DNA of 64,000 nt from a bacterium (GTDB taxonomy: Bacteria > Patescibacteriota > Dojkabacteria > JAKAPS01): assembly GCA_021806925.1 (NCBI GenBank), contig JAKAPS010000002.1:1751-65750 (forward strand), in the 5' to 3' direction. Below the pieces are notes generated by a model that searched no databases, had not been told where the DNA came from, and worked only from the letters and a program-made list of their open reading frames with translations. Positions 9,883 to 20,267 of the stretch are shown piece by piece (the first letter of the stretch is position 1; every line of letters starts with the position of its first letter). A program made the position numbers and the translations under genes.

Positions 9883-10440
9883 ATGTATCCATTAGAATTT
9901 AAAACAAAGCTTTTTTCAATAAAATCAAGAATAATATTGAAATTACCATCTGATGTAAGTAAAAAACTTCCATCAAGAGGAACTGTCATGGTAAAAGGTA
10001 CATTGAATAAAGTTGATTTTAAAGCATTACTTGAACCTGATGGAGTATATATGCAGAATAAGGAAACAAGTCATTGGTTTAGTCCATCAAATAAATTATT
10101 AAAATTGGCAGAAGCAACTGCAGGTGACATTGTAGATGTATCAATAGAGCCAACGGATGAATGGATAGAACCAGAAGTTCCAGAAGATTTTAAGAATGCT
10201 TTGAATAAATCAAAAAAAGCTGAAGAGCTATGGAAAGATATAACCCCAATGGCGAGATGGGATTGGATTAGATGGATACGTGCAGTTAAAACTATGGAAA
10301 CGAGAAAGAAGCATATTGATGTTGCAATATCAAAGTTAAATAATGGACTTAGAAGACCGTGTTGCTTTAATAGAAGTATGTGCAGTGATCCTGAGGTTTC
10401 ACATAATTGGGTTCTATTAAGTGGAGATGAAGAAAACTAA
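9883..10440 (+). CDS. DUF1905 + YdeI/OmpD-associated (OmdA) domain protein
   Basis: LPSRG.VMV.G..N....ALLEPDG; P.D...AL......W..ITP.AR..WI.WI...K..ETR. Confidence 0.8.
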   Translation: MYPLEFKTKLFSIKSRIILKLPSDVSKKLPSRGTVMVKGTLNKVDFKALLEPDGVYMQNKETSHWFSPSNKLLKLAEATAGDIVDVSIEPTDEWIEPEVPEDFKNALNKSKKAEELWKDITPMARWDWIRWIRAVKTMETRKKHIDVAISKLNNGLRRPCCFNRSMCSDPEVSHNWVLLSGDEEN

Positions 10441-10523
10441 GAAGTTACTGGTTACATTTTGTAATACTAAAATAGATTTATATTCATGTTAATGAATTAC
10501 TTATCTAACTATACAATGAATAT

Positions 10524-11054
10524 ATGAAAATAACTGAGAAAGTTAAATATAACAATGAAATATATATCTATGAGTACCATGATTCTGATAATTTCTCAAG
10601 TCTTGAATTATATAGATGTCAGCAGGCCTATTGTGTATCATTTTTGAAAGGAAATGAAAGGATAGTAATTGTATATAACCATAAAAATATGACTTGGAGA
10701 TTACCAGGAGGAACAGTTGAACACAGTATGAACGAAACTCTTGACTGTACATTAAAGCGTGAGTTAATAGAAGAAACAAATATGAAAGCTTTAAGATATC
10801 TTCCTATAGGATATCAAAAAGTATCTAAAGAAGGTTCAGTAGATAATGGATATATATATATATATATATATATATATCAAATAAGATATGTATGTATTGT
10901 AGAAAAGATTGGAGAATTTATAAGTGATATAGACGGTGATATTACGAAGATAAAGCTTATAGATATAGATAAATATAAGGAATACTTTAATTGGGGGAAG
11001 ATTGGTGAGAGGATTATGAGTAGAGCTAATGAAAAAGTTAAAATTATAAGATAA
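10524..11054 (+). CDS. NUDIX hydrolase
   Basis: Nudix box LPGG.VE....ET....LKRELIEET; contains an in-frame (AT)14 tract. Confidence 0.85.
   Translation: MKITEKVKYNNEIYIYEYHDSDNFSSLELYRCQQAYCVSFLKGNERIVIVYNHKNMTWRLPGGTVEHSMNETLDCTLKRELIEETNMKALRYLPIGYQKVSKEGSVDNGYIYIYIYIYQIRYVCIVEKIGEFISDIDGDITKIKLIDIDKYKEYFNWGKIGERIMSRANEKVKIIR
10850..10877. repeat. (AT)14 microsatellite inside the NUDIX CDS
   Basis: 28-nt perfect dinucleotide run encoding YIYIYIYIY. Confidence 0.95.
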
Positions 11055-11087
11055 TTTAATGCTTACTGATAATATCTCAATGGTATA

Positions 11088-12650
11088 TTAGTTTTGCCCC
11101 TGGAATAATTCCTTTATTATATCTTCAAACCTTGATTTATTTTTAGATCTAACCTTAGGTTTCTTATTCTTTGCATATCCAACATAATTCTTATTTAAAA
11201 TCTTGATTGTAGAAGTTAATATAGCAAATGTTTCATATGCCCAAAGTACAAAAAATACATTCACCCACATTGCTGTATTCTGTAAATTCTCCATTAGATT
11301 CATTCTTGAATCTTTGAAATTACTTCTTACTCTATTGTCTACTAGAATAAAGAGTATTAATACAAGAATTGCTCCAGCAATATTTATATATGATATGAAA
11401 CCAAAATTAAATTGAGGAGTTAGTACATTTAAAGATACAATAGTATTAAGGTATACAAATACAAGTAGAAGAGTAACATAAAAAGGGTTAATTAGGTATG
11501 CCAATATTATATCCAGCATAATACTGTTAAATCCAATTTTTTTTGTAGTTTTTGAATAATTAACTACGTCTGGTATATATTTAGACATTAAATATATACC
11601 TCCTTGTGTCCATCTCTCTGTAGTCTCATAATGAACTTTTATTGATTCAAAAGAGGTTTTACCATGTGGAAGGTTTGATATTAAATATGAGGGAACATTA
11701 ATTGTGCTATAACCTTCTGTGTATTTTATATTCATTTTAAGACCCAATGATTTATCTTCTGAAATAACATCATCATCCCAATAATTAATTGCAATTAAAC
11801 TATTTAGTACTAGTGAATATGATGACAATATTGCTTTATTTTTATCAGTTGATTTGTATATTATGTATGAACTTAATAGTGTTGCATATAGCCTGGATAA
11901 CAGATCATATGATCTGTATTCATTAAAAAATACTAGTACTCCAGAAAATAGTTTCTTGTAATTCTCTGGTGTTTCAAAAAATTTGTATGTCAGTATAGAG
12001 AAGAATTCTTTTTCAATATATGTGTCTGAATCTATAACTGTAACCAGGGTTCTTTTTCTATCAAATATATTTCTAGTAACAATATTTTTTACTGAATAAT
12101 TTAGGTTTGTGTGTTTCCCTGGCATTTCTCCAATCTTTAATTCATGTTCGGTAAAATATATTGACTTGAATACATCGTGAAAATCTTTTTCTATTCTATC
12201 AATTAAAATATATCTGTTATCATCCCTTTTCTCAGTAGCGATAACAATTGAAATTTCTTTTGCACCATATACTTGATTTTCAATTGAATGAAGCAATTTG
12301 TACATGGTTCTGTAGTTATCCTTAAATGTAGGTATAAAAAGAAGATGATCTATCTTACGTTTTGTCTTATCATCAATAACATTACTCCAATCCAACTTTC
12401 TATATTCATCAAATCCCTTCATATTAAAGTAGGTTGATGCTATCCAATCAAGCACCTTATACTCCCCTATTAGTGGAATTATTGCTACAAATGGAATGAT
12501 TATATTTGGAATATATAGTATCATTAGGGGGATAGCAATTATTGTAATAACAAAGGAAATTAATATAAATGATGCTGTTATCTCAAAATATGGATTAAGT
12601 GATTTATTCTTGTTTAAATATCTTGTTTTCACTTTTTTCTTAATTTTCAT
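11088..12650 (-). CDS. Membrane glycosyltransferase family 2
   Basis: N- and C-terminal TM helices; GK..N, IDSD, YWDDDVISED and ETTERW motifs; paralog of 26866..28326. Confidence 0.8.
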   Translation of the reverse strand: MKIKKKVKTRYLNKNKSLNPYFEITASFILISFVITIIAIPLMILYIPNIIIPFVAIIPLIGEYKVLDWIASTYFNMKGFDEYRKLDWSNVIDDKTKRKIDHLLFIPTFKDNYRTMYKLLHSIENQVYGAKEISIVIATEKRDDNRYILIDRIEKDFHDVFKSIYFTEHELKIGEMPGKHTNLNYSVKNIVTRNIFDRKRTLVTVIDSDTYIEKEFFSILTYKFFETPENYKKLFSGVLVFFNEYRSYDLLSRLYATLLSSYIIYKSTDKNKAILSSYSLVLNSLIAINYWDDDVISEDKSLGLKMNIKYTEGYSTINVPSYLISNLPHGKTSFESIKVHYETTERWTQGGIYLMSKYIPDVVNYSKTTKKIGFNSIMLDIILAYLINPFYVTLLLVFVYLNTIVSLNVLTPQFNFGFISYINIAGAILVLILFILVDNRVRSNFKDSRMNLMENLQNTAMWVNVFFVLWAYETFAILTSTIKILNKNYVGYAKNKKPKVRSKNKSRFEDIIKELFQGQN

Positions 12651-12715
12651 ATAGAATTATACTATAATTTAGTAAATTCTCATATTCCTTATTATTCGTT
12701 TTAAAATAACTAAAC

Positions 12716-14686
12716 TTATTCATCAAACTGACTCATGTATAAATTATAGTAAAAACCATGATTATCTATTAATTCGTTATGATTTCCAGATTCAACAACA
12801 TCTCCATTATTTAATACAATTATTATATCTGATGACTTTATAGTGCTTAATCTATGTGCAATAACAAATGTAGTTCTACCTTCAGTAAGCTTTTCCATTG
12901 CAGATTGTATTAACTTTTCGGTTCTAGTATCAACAGAGCTTGTTGCTTCATCAAGTATTAATATTTTCGAATTCTGAATAAATGCCCTTGCAATAGTGAT
13001 TAACTGTTTCTCACCTGACGAAAGTATAGATGTATTTTCACCAATTATATAATCATATCCATCTGGCAATGACATTATAAAATGATTGATTTGTATTAGT
13101 TTTGCAATAGATTTGATTTTTTCAAACTCAGTTGTAGGATTTGCATATGCAATATTATCTCTTATGCTTCCTGTAAATACCCATGTGTCTTGAAGAACCA
13201 TACCAATAATGCTTCGTATTGATTTCTTTGTATATCTCTTCATATTAATTCCATCAAGTAGTATCTCTCCTCCAGTTGGGTCATAGAATCTCATCAAAAG
13301 ATTAACTAATGTAGTTTTTCCTGCTCCAGTAGGTCCAACAATTGCTACTTTCATACCACTTTTAACTTCAAGATTAAAGTTGTGAATTATTTCTTTCTGC
13401 TCTGTGTATCCAAATTTTACTCCAGAAAATGATATATTAGCACTTATCTCATCTAGATTTTCAATTTCAATCTCATCAATGTTCTTAATATCTTCTTCAA
13501 GTTCAAGGAATTCAAATACTCTTTCTGCAGAAGCACTTGTTGTTTGCAATATACCAGCAATGTTTCCAATTTGTGCTACAGGTTGATTCATCTGGTTTAT
13601 GTATTGAATAAATGCCTGTATGTCCCCTATCGATATAGCATTTCTTATTGCAAGAATACCGCCAACTATAGACACTAGCACATATCCTATATTTCCAATG
13701 AAGTTAATAATTGGGAACATTAAACCTGAGTAAAATTGAGATTTCCACGATGTTATATAAAGGCTGTCATTCAGTTCAGTAAATTTTTTATCTATAAATT
13801 CTTCAGCGTTATATGCTTTCAATGTCTCAAATCCTGAAAATGATTCCTCAACAAGACCATTAACTTCACCAAGTAATTCCTGTTGTGTTTTAAAGTATTT
13901 CTGTGAGGATTTTATTATTGTTGATATTACAAAAAGACTCAATGGAATTGTTAGTAATGATATCAATGTCATGTAAACATTTATAGTTATCATCATAATA
14001 ACTATTCCAATTACAGTTAGTACAGATGAAGTAATTTGGGTAAGTGTTTGGTTTAGTGATTGATTTAATGTATCAATATCATTAGTTATTCTACTTAATA
14101 TATCACCATATGGAACTGTATCAAAATATCTTAATGGTAGTTTATATAGTTTCTCTGACACTTTTGCTCTAAGTTTGTATGTAACACTTTGCGTTAGTGA
14201 AATTGCTATCCAGGATTGCAAAAAGTAAAATATGGCGTTTACTATGTAAAGTATAATCAGTATTAAAGCAATTTTCTCAATATAGCCAAAATCAATTTGA
14301 GGCTTCTGTTTTATATATACATTTTTGAATAGATTTATAAAATTACTTGGAATTTCATTCTTGAAGCTTGATTTTTCTATTATATTGTAAAGAGACGTGT
14401 TAGATGGAATATATTTAGGTAAGTTTGGAACAATGTTATCATAACCTTGTATTTGTATATACGAATTTGTAATACTAGTTGTTATATTACCAAGAATTTT
14501 TGGTCCTGCTACAGCTATAATGATACTAAATATTGAAAGCAGAGCAATAAATGCTAAATTAATTTTATAAAGAGCTAAGTAGCTAATTAATTTAGACATA
14601 CTCTTCTTAAAATCAGTAGGTTTCTGTGAAATATTAATAAAACCCATTCTATTTCCTCCCATTGGTTGTCTTTGTTGTCTATCCAT
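12716..14686 (-). CDS. ABC exporter, fused TMD-NBD (consensus Walker B subunit)
   Basis: GPTGAGKTT, LSSGEKQ, ILDEATSSVD, IAHRLST; six TM segments. Confidence 0.92.
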   Translation of the reverse strand: MDRQQRQPMGGNRMGFINISQKPTDFKKSMSKLISYLALYKINLAFIALLSIFSIIIAVAGPKILGNITTSITNSYIQIQGYDNIVPNLPKYIPSNTSLYNIIEKSSFKNEIPSNFINLFKNVYIKQKPQIDFGYIEKIALILIILYIVNAIFYFLQSWIAISLTQSVTYKLRAKVSEKLYKLPLRYFDTVPYGDILSRITNDIDTLNQSLNQTLTQITSSVLTVIGIVIMMITINVYMTLISLLTIPLSLFVISTIIKSSQKYFKTQQELLGEVNGLVEESFSGFETLKAYNAEEFIDKKFTELNDSLYITSWKSQFYSGLMFPIINFIGNIGYVLVSIVGGILAIRNAISIGDIQAFIQYINQMNQPVAQIGNIAGILQTTSASAERVFEFLELEEDIKNIDEIEIENLDEISANISFSGVKFGYTEQKEIIHNFNLEVKSGMKVAIVGPTGAGKTTLVNLLMRFYDPTGGEILLDGINMKRYTKKSIRSIIGMVLQDTWVFTGSIRDNIAYANPTTEFEKIKSIAKLIQINHFIMSLPDGYDYIIGENTSILSSGEKQLITIARAFIQNSKILILDEATSSVDTRTEKLIQSAMEKLTEGRTTFVIAHRLSTIKSSDIIIVLNNGDVVESGNHNELIDNHGFYYNLYMSQFDE

Positions 14687-14790
14687 ATTTTTCTATTTTT
14701 TTTATATAAGATTGTTTATATATTATATATATTACTTTTTATAACGATATGTTTATTTTTATTTTTTTTGACTAGCACATTTATTATTTT

Positions 14791-16530
14791 TTAACTAATA
14801 TTATTATTTACCTCATCAAGTGTTAATTGACTTTCAACAATCTCTTTATATGTTTCGCAGTTTTCTAGCAGATAATCATGTGTTCCAATACCATCAATTG
14901 ACCCTTGATTTAATACAATTATATGCTCTGCACCTGTAATAGTTGCTACTCTTTGACTTACAATAATCTTTGTTGTATTAGGGAACTCACTGTGAATTGC
15001 TTTACGTAAATTCAGATCAGTTTTAAAATCCAACGCAGAAAAAGTATCATCAAATATTAATATACCTCTGTTTTTTATAACACCTCTTGCAATTGAGATT
15101 CTTTGCTTTTGCCCTCCTGATAGATCAGTTCCGCCTCTTGCAAGAAATGTATCAATACCGTTTTTTAGTGAATACACAAATTCGCTTGCTTGTGCAATAT
15201 CAAGTGCTTTGTGTATCTGTTCATCTGTGAAGTTATCATAGGGAAAATTAAGATTGTCTCTTATTGTACCTGAAAATATTATTGGTGTTTGAGTCATATA
15301 ACCGATTTCATTTCTTATTGAGTTTGAATCAAGCTGCATTATATCTTTACCGTAGAAGTATATATGTCCACTTGTTGGAAATATAATCTTTTCAATTAAT
15401 TTTAATATCGTTGTTTTCCCTGATCCAGTTGAACCAATAATTGCCAATGTTTCCCCTTTATTTAATGAGAAGGATATGTTATTAACTGTGTTCTCTTTAC
15501 CACTCGGGTACATATATGAAACAGAGTCAAATACTATAGCTTTATTATTACTTTTATCGATTGATTTATCTAAACCAGTCTCATTTAATGTAACAGGTGT
15601 TTTTAAAACTTCATTTATTCTTCTCCATGAGACAATTGCTCTTGGTGATATGACAAATACCATTGTAATCATAAGAAATGATGAAATTGCAAGAAGTGCA
15701 TACTGCATGAATGCCATTTCATCACCTATCTGAAGTGTATTATTATTAATTGCATATGCTCCAATCCAAATTATTAATATAATTGTCACGTTTATTGAGA
15801 AAAATACAGATGGCTGTATAAGTCCAGACAATCTATTAACATAAATATTCAACTTTGTTATGTATTTATTTTGTTCTTCAAATTTTTCCTTATCACTTTC
15901 CTCATTGTTAAATGCTTTTATAACTCTTATTCCTGTAATTGTTTCTTTTGCAAGCAGGTTTAATTTATCTGTAACAGTTTGAACTACATTAAATTTTGGA
16001 ATTTCTATAATAAGCAATATTATAATTATTGTTGTAATAAAGATAAGTGGGAGTATAATAATTAAGCTGAGTGACTTTGCAGAAATATACGAATAATATA
16101 CAGCACCTATACCCATTACGGGGGAAAAAAGTGCAATTCTCAGTATCATTACAAATACATTCTGAATCTGCTGTATATCATTGGTTGTTCTTGTTATTAA
16201 AGAAGCACTTGAAAACTTGTTGAATTCATTCAATGAGAAGCCTTCAATCTTTGAACTTAAATCATGCCTTAAATCTCTTGAGAATACAGCGGAAATCTTT
16301 GCAGCGATCCATGATATGAGTATTGTTACAATTCCAGCTACCAGAGATATTGCAATCATTTCTAGTCCAGTTTTAGTTATAACTGAATTATCCTGTTTTA
16401 ATATTCCATTATTTACAATATTTGCCATTAAATTTGGTAATTGTAAATTTGATACTGCTTGAATTATTATTGCTAGAAATAAGACAATAAGGAGAAACCA
16501 CTGTTTTTTTATTCTAATAAGAAAATCCAT
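14791..16530 (-). CDS. ABC exporter, fused TMD-NBD (degenerate subunit of a heterodimer)
   Basis: GSTGSGKT, LSGGQKQR, IFDDTFSALD (E>D) and VSQR (H>Q), as in TM287/288-type heterodimers. Confidence 0.92.
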   Translation of the reverse strand: MDFLIRIKKQWFLLIVLFLAIIIQAVSNLQLPNLMANIVNNGILKQDNSVITKTGLEMIAISLVAGIVTILISWIAAKISAVFSRDLRHDLSSKIEGFSLNEFNKFSSASLITRTTNDIQQIQNVFVMILRIALFSPVMGIGAVYYSYISAKSLSLIIILPLIFITTIIIILLIIEIPKFNVVQTVTDKLNLLAKETITGIRVIKAFNNEESDKEKFEEQNKYITKLNIYVNRLSGLIQPSVFFSINVTIILIIWIGAYAINNNTLQIGDEMAFMQYALLAISSFLMITMVFVISPRAIVSWRRINEVLKTPVTLNETGLDKSIDKSNNKAIVFDSVSYMYPSGKENTVNNISFSLNKGETLAIIGSTGSGKTTILKLIEKIIFPTSGHIYFYGKDIMQLDSNSIRNEIGYMTQTPIIFSGTIRDNLNFPYDNFTDEQIHKALDIAQASEFVYSLKNGIDTFLARGGTDLSGGQKQRISIARGVIKNRGILIFDDTFSALDFKTDLNLRKAIHSEFPNTTKIIVSQRVATITGAEHIIVLNQGSIDGIGTHDYLLENCETYKEIVESQLTLDEVNNNIS

Positions 16531-16593
16531 TATGTACTATAGTTGAAGTTTACTACAAATAAACCAAATATGTAAATATAGTGGTGTGGGTTC

Positions 16594-17688
16594 TTATAAC
16601 AGTTCTGGTTTTTTATCCTTTAATATATCAACAACCTGCTTTAGTTCTTTCGAATGCTTTTTTGAGCATACAAGCAAACAATCTCCTGTATCTACAATTG
16701 CTATATCATTTAGACCGACTATACATATCTCTTTATTTTTATCTTTTGAATATACAAGTGTATCTACTGAATTAATGTTTAATATATTATCTATTGGGTG
16801 CAAATAAACATTATCCAATTGCCTATCTTCGAGTTGTGATTTTAGTGACCTCCAGTCTCCAACATCATTCCATGAAACATCTACTGGTATTACCCTATTC
16901 GATGAATTATCAAGCTTTTCTAAAATTTCGAAATCAATTGATGTCTTCTTTATTTTTTTGTATAGTTCTAGAATTTCATCTGATTCTATATTGTTTTCAA
17001 GTATAGTATTTAATATGTTAAATGTTTCAATTGAATACTTTTTATAGAAGTCTGTTATTAAGCCACTTGGCCATATCATATAACCCATATTCCATAGATA
17101 GTCTCCAGATTCAAATAATTCAGTAGCCTTATCTATATCGGGTTTTTCAATGTGACCTCCATAACCGTATATATCAATACCCAAACTATCTATTCGTGTC
17201 TTATCTGTTTTTATGTATTTTAAATATCCAAAATTAGTTTCAGGGTAATTTGCCACTGCACCAAGCCTTATTATCTTCCTATGTTCTGTTGCATATATAT
17301 CACCAGCTTGAATTATATCTAAAAACTTTTCCTCATCTTTAATAATATGGTCAGACCAACATATAAATACATTATCTTCAGTATATTTTTTAGATACAAT
17401 GAATGAGGCATATCCAACACAAGCTAGAGTGTCCCATTTTGTAGGTTCTATTATAATATTATCTTCAGATAGTAAAGGATAATTTTCCATTACGTCTTTT
17501 TTGTAGTATTCAGGAACAACAACAATTATATCTTTTATATCAAATCTCTTAAGTAATCTCTCTATTGTTAATTCAAATAGGCATTTTGTGTTGTTATCAA
17601 ATAATTTTAAAAATTGTTTAGGAGTTGATATTCTGCTTACTGGCCATAATCTTGTACCATTTCCTCCTGCAAATATTAATATTTTCAT
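16594..17688 (-). CDS. manC: Mannose-1-phosphate guanylyltransferase
   Basis: AGG.GTRLWP.SR...PKQFL, SDH.I, FGY, EKP, WN.G, SIDF.ILEK, WNDVGDW. Confidence 0.88.
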   Translation of the reverse strand: MKILIFAGGNGTRLWPVSRISTPKQFLKLFDNNTKCLFELTIERLLKRFDIKDIIVVVPEYYKKDVMENYPLLSEDNIIIEPTKWDTLACVGYASFIVSKKYTEDNVFICWSDHIIKDEEKFLDIIQAGDIYATEHRKIIRLGAVANYPETNFGYLKYIKTDKTRIDSLGIDIYGYGGHIEKPDIDKATELFESGDYLWNMGYMIWPSGLITDFYKKYSIETFNILNTILENNIESDEILELYKKIKKTSIDFEILEKLDNSSNRVIPVDVSWNDVGDWRSLKSQLEDRQLDNVYLHPIDNILNINSVDTLVYSKDKNKEICIVGLNDIAIVDTGDCLLVCSKKHSKELKQVVDILKDKKPELL

Positions 17689-17751
17689 TTATTGTATATT
17701 TATTATATATTTTTTTTGTTCTTTATACTGTTTACATAAAACAATAGTAAT

Positions 17752-17786
17752 ATTTTAGTAAAAGCTTATTTAGCTATTACTAAAAT
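17752..17786. terminator. Inverted repeat/hairpin between the DUF192 gene and manC
   Basis: ATTTTAGTAA-a-AGCT-tattt-AGCT-a-TTACTAAAAT; could be a terminator or an operator. Confidence 0.4.
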
Positions 17787-17841
17787 GCAATCTTAAATTA
17801 GCTAATGCATGTGATATATAACTATTTATAGTATATTATAC

Positions 17842-18375
17842 TTAAAATTTAACAATGTCACCTACCTTAAAATTATACTTATTTGATAGTCCTCCATTTA
17901 TCTCAAGTACATATTGAGATGGTTCAGGTATTGAATATATCTGGCAAGGGTCAGTGTTACATGGTAAAGCGTCTTTTTGAATGTAAAGAATTTGTTTGTT
18001 TTGTGACATAAATATCATATCAAGAGGTATTAGAGTATCTTTCATCCAGAATGAATTGTTGCCGCTTGATGAGTAAGAAAATAGCATACCTTCATTAGAT
18101 GGAAGTGATGTTACATTCATAAGCCCTTTTTGTTGGTCCTTGAGTGTAGTTACAATTTTAACTTTGAAGTTTATATTATCAATTGAAAGATTTGTGTTGT
18201 ATCCATTATTGTTTAACGAACCAAGTATAGTTGATATTTTTGGTGCATAGATTTCATTTGCAGTTGTAGCAATTATACTAAAAAGACTTGAAGCGAAAAA
18301 TACATATAGAGCATAAATAGATATACCAATACCAACAACAATCAAAAAGTAAAACCTAAATTCTTTAAATTTCAT
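17842..18375 (-). CDS. DUF192-family membrane-anchored protein
   Basis: GLM....L...EGMLF, FWMKDTLIPLDMIF, YVLEINGG. Confidence 0.9.
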   Translation of the reverse strand: MKFKEFRFYFLIVVGIGISIYALYVFFASSLFSIIATTANEIYAPKISTILGSLNNNGYNTNLSIDNINFKVKIVTTLKDQQKGLMNVTSLPSNEGMLFSYSSSGNNSFWMKDTLIPLDMIFMSQNKQILYIQKDALPCNTDPCQIYSIPEPSQYVLEINGGLSNKYNFKVGDIVKF

Positions 18376-18459
18376 CTTAAAATATTCTAATACTAGGCTT
18401 TGATTTTTGCAAACTATATATAATATATATTTGATTACTTCAATGAAGATGCATTATCT

Positions 18460-19803
18460 TTATTTACTATATACTTTCATAAAATTTTCTGTTTCAAGTT
18501 TTATTTCTTTTATTCTTTTACTATTAATCAATTCATTAATAAATCCTTTTCTTATATTTGGATCCTTCCTAAGTTTTTGACTTGATAATTCTTTGAATTT
18601 GAAAGTATCTAATTCAAGTTTTACTTGATATATAAATTCAGCAATAGTATCCATATCTTTTTCCTTTAGACAAAGTGTTGTTGCTGCAGGGGTCCCTATT
18701 CTTATTCCTGATGGGAAAAATGGTGAATTTTCATCATGTGGAATAGTTGAAGCGTTTACAATTATTCCTGCTTTTTCAAGAGCATAAGCAAATTCCCATC
18801 CATTTATATTGTCTTTTGTTAAATTAATAAGTGTTAAATGTGTTTCACTTACACCTCCAACCAATTCGAACCCCCTGTTTATTAAAGAAGTACAAAGTGC
18901 TTTACAATTTAATAGAATTTGCTTTGAATATTCTTTGAATTCTAATGATTCTGATTCCTTAAGAGCAACTGCAATTCCTGCAATTGTATTAATATGTGGA
19001 CCGCCTTGTAGAAATGGGAATACTGTATCGTCAATCATTTTGTCAAGTGAAGGATTTTTCTGTATTCCACGTGGTGTGACCATTATCATTGCTCCCCTTG
19101 GTCCACGCATATCCTTATGTGTTGTTGTTGTTATTATATCGACAAAATTTACTGGAGAAGGTATTACATTAGATGCAACTAATCCGGATATATGAGAAAT
19201 ATCTGCTACAAGGTATGTATCCTCACCTACCTTGTCTGCAATTTTTCTAAATCTTTCATAGTCAATTAATTTTGTGTATGCAGTAGTGCCTGCCCATATG
19301 ATTTTTGGCTTGTGTTTTAGAGCAAGAGATTCAACTTCATCATAATCAATCTCACCGTTTTTTTTAACTGTGAACATTACGCTATTAAATAGTTTTCCTG
19401 AAAATGATACCTTTGATCCATGTGTTAAATGTCCTCCAGATGATAATTCAAGTCCTAGTATTGTATCTGCAAATGGTTTTGCAAGTGCAAAGTATACAGC
19501 AGCATTTGCAGGACTACCTGAATATGGCTGTACATTAGCAGAATAAGCTCCAAAGACTTGTTTTGCTCTTTCAATTGCAAGAGATTCAACTTTATCAATG
19601 TTTACAGCACCTTTGTAGTAACGTTTACCAGAATAACCTTCTGCATATTTATTTGTAAATACAGAACCAATCGCTTTTAGTACTGCATCTGATGCAAAAT
19701 TTTCAGATGGTATCAACGGAATGTCGCTATTCTGTCTTTTCTCTTCTTCTTTTAATAACCTAAATATTTCATCATCTGTATCTTTTAGGGATTTATATTT
19801 CAT
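18460..19803 (-). CDS. glyA: Serine hydroxymethyltransferase
   Basis: LIPSENF, NKYAEGY, NVQPYSGS.AN, GGHLTHG, TTTHK..RGPRG, SGIRIGT. Confidence 0.97.
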   Translation of the reverse strand: MKYKSLKDTDDEIFRLLKEEEKRQNSDIPLIPSENFASDAVLKAIGSVFTNKYAEGYSGKRYYKGAVNIDKVESLAIERAKQVFGAYSANVQPYSGSPANAAVYFALAKPFADTILGLELSSGGHLTHGSKVSFSGKLFNSVMFTVKKNGEIDYDEVESLALKHKPKIIWAGTTAYTKLIDYERFRKIADKVGEDTYLVADISHISGLVASNVIPSPVNFVDIITTTTHKDMRGPRGAMIMVTPRGIQKNPSLDKMIDDTVFPFLQGGPHINTIAGIAVALKESESLEFKEYSKQILLNCKALCTSLINRGFELVGGVSETHLTLINLTKDNINGWEFAYALEKAGIIVNASTIPHDENSPFFPSGIRIGTPAATTLCLKEKDMDTIAEFIYQVKLELDTFKFKELSSQKLRKDPNIRKGFINELINSKRIKEIKLETENFMKVYSK

Positions 19804-19897
19804 TTTTTCTATTTTTATATGTATACTTAAATAAAGTAATAAATATTTTTATTGATTATTTAAGATTATTATTAAATCTTTACTATATATATTAATA

Positions 19898-20215
19898 ATG
19901 ATAAAGACCCTACTTCTAAAGATTATACAACAACATCAGAGAAATATACAAAATCTTGATATTTCTTGTGTAGAAGTGATTGGGTGGAAAGGAGAAATGC
20001 TTGAAGTATACGGAGACAATATTGATGAAGTTATGAGGTCCTTTGGAATTAATAGATACAAATATATAGAGGAATTAAATGCAGATAGCAGTAGGAATAG
20101 TAATAAAACTATTCGTAACGGCGGGTATATTAAACATCATGATGTAAATTACTGCATATATAGAGTTGAAATGGATATAGAAAAAGATGAATTACTTGAA
20201 ATTGTGTTTTCTTAA
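19898..20215 (+). CDS. Hypothetical protein
   Basis: 105-aa ORF filling the gap between glyA and the ATPase; no motif recognised. Confidence 0.5.
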   Translation: MIKTLLLKIIQQHQRNIQNLDISCVEVIGWKGEMLEVYGDNIDEVMRSFGINRYKYIEELNADSSRNSNKTIRNGGYIKHHDVNYCIYRVEMDIEKDELLEIVFS

Positions 20216-20267
20216 TTTGTATTAATTATGTATGCTATACTTTTTTCAGATTTGAAATTGTTTTTTT

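Noticed and set aside
14791-16530. Degenerate Walker B and H-loop read as a sign of pseudogenisation
   Set aside because: This is the normal asymmetry of heterodimeric ABC exporters.
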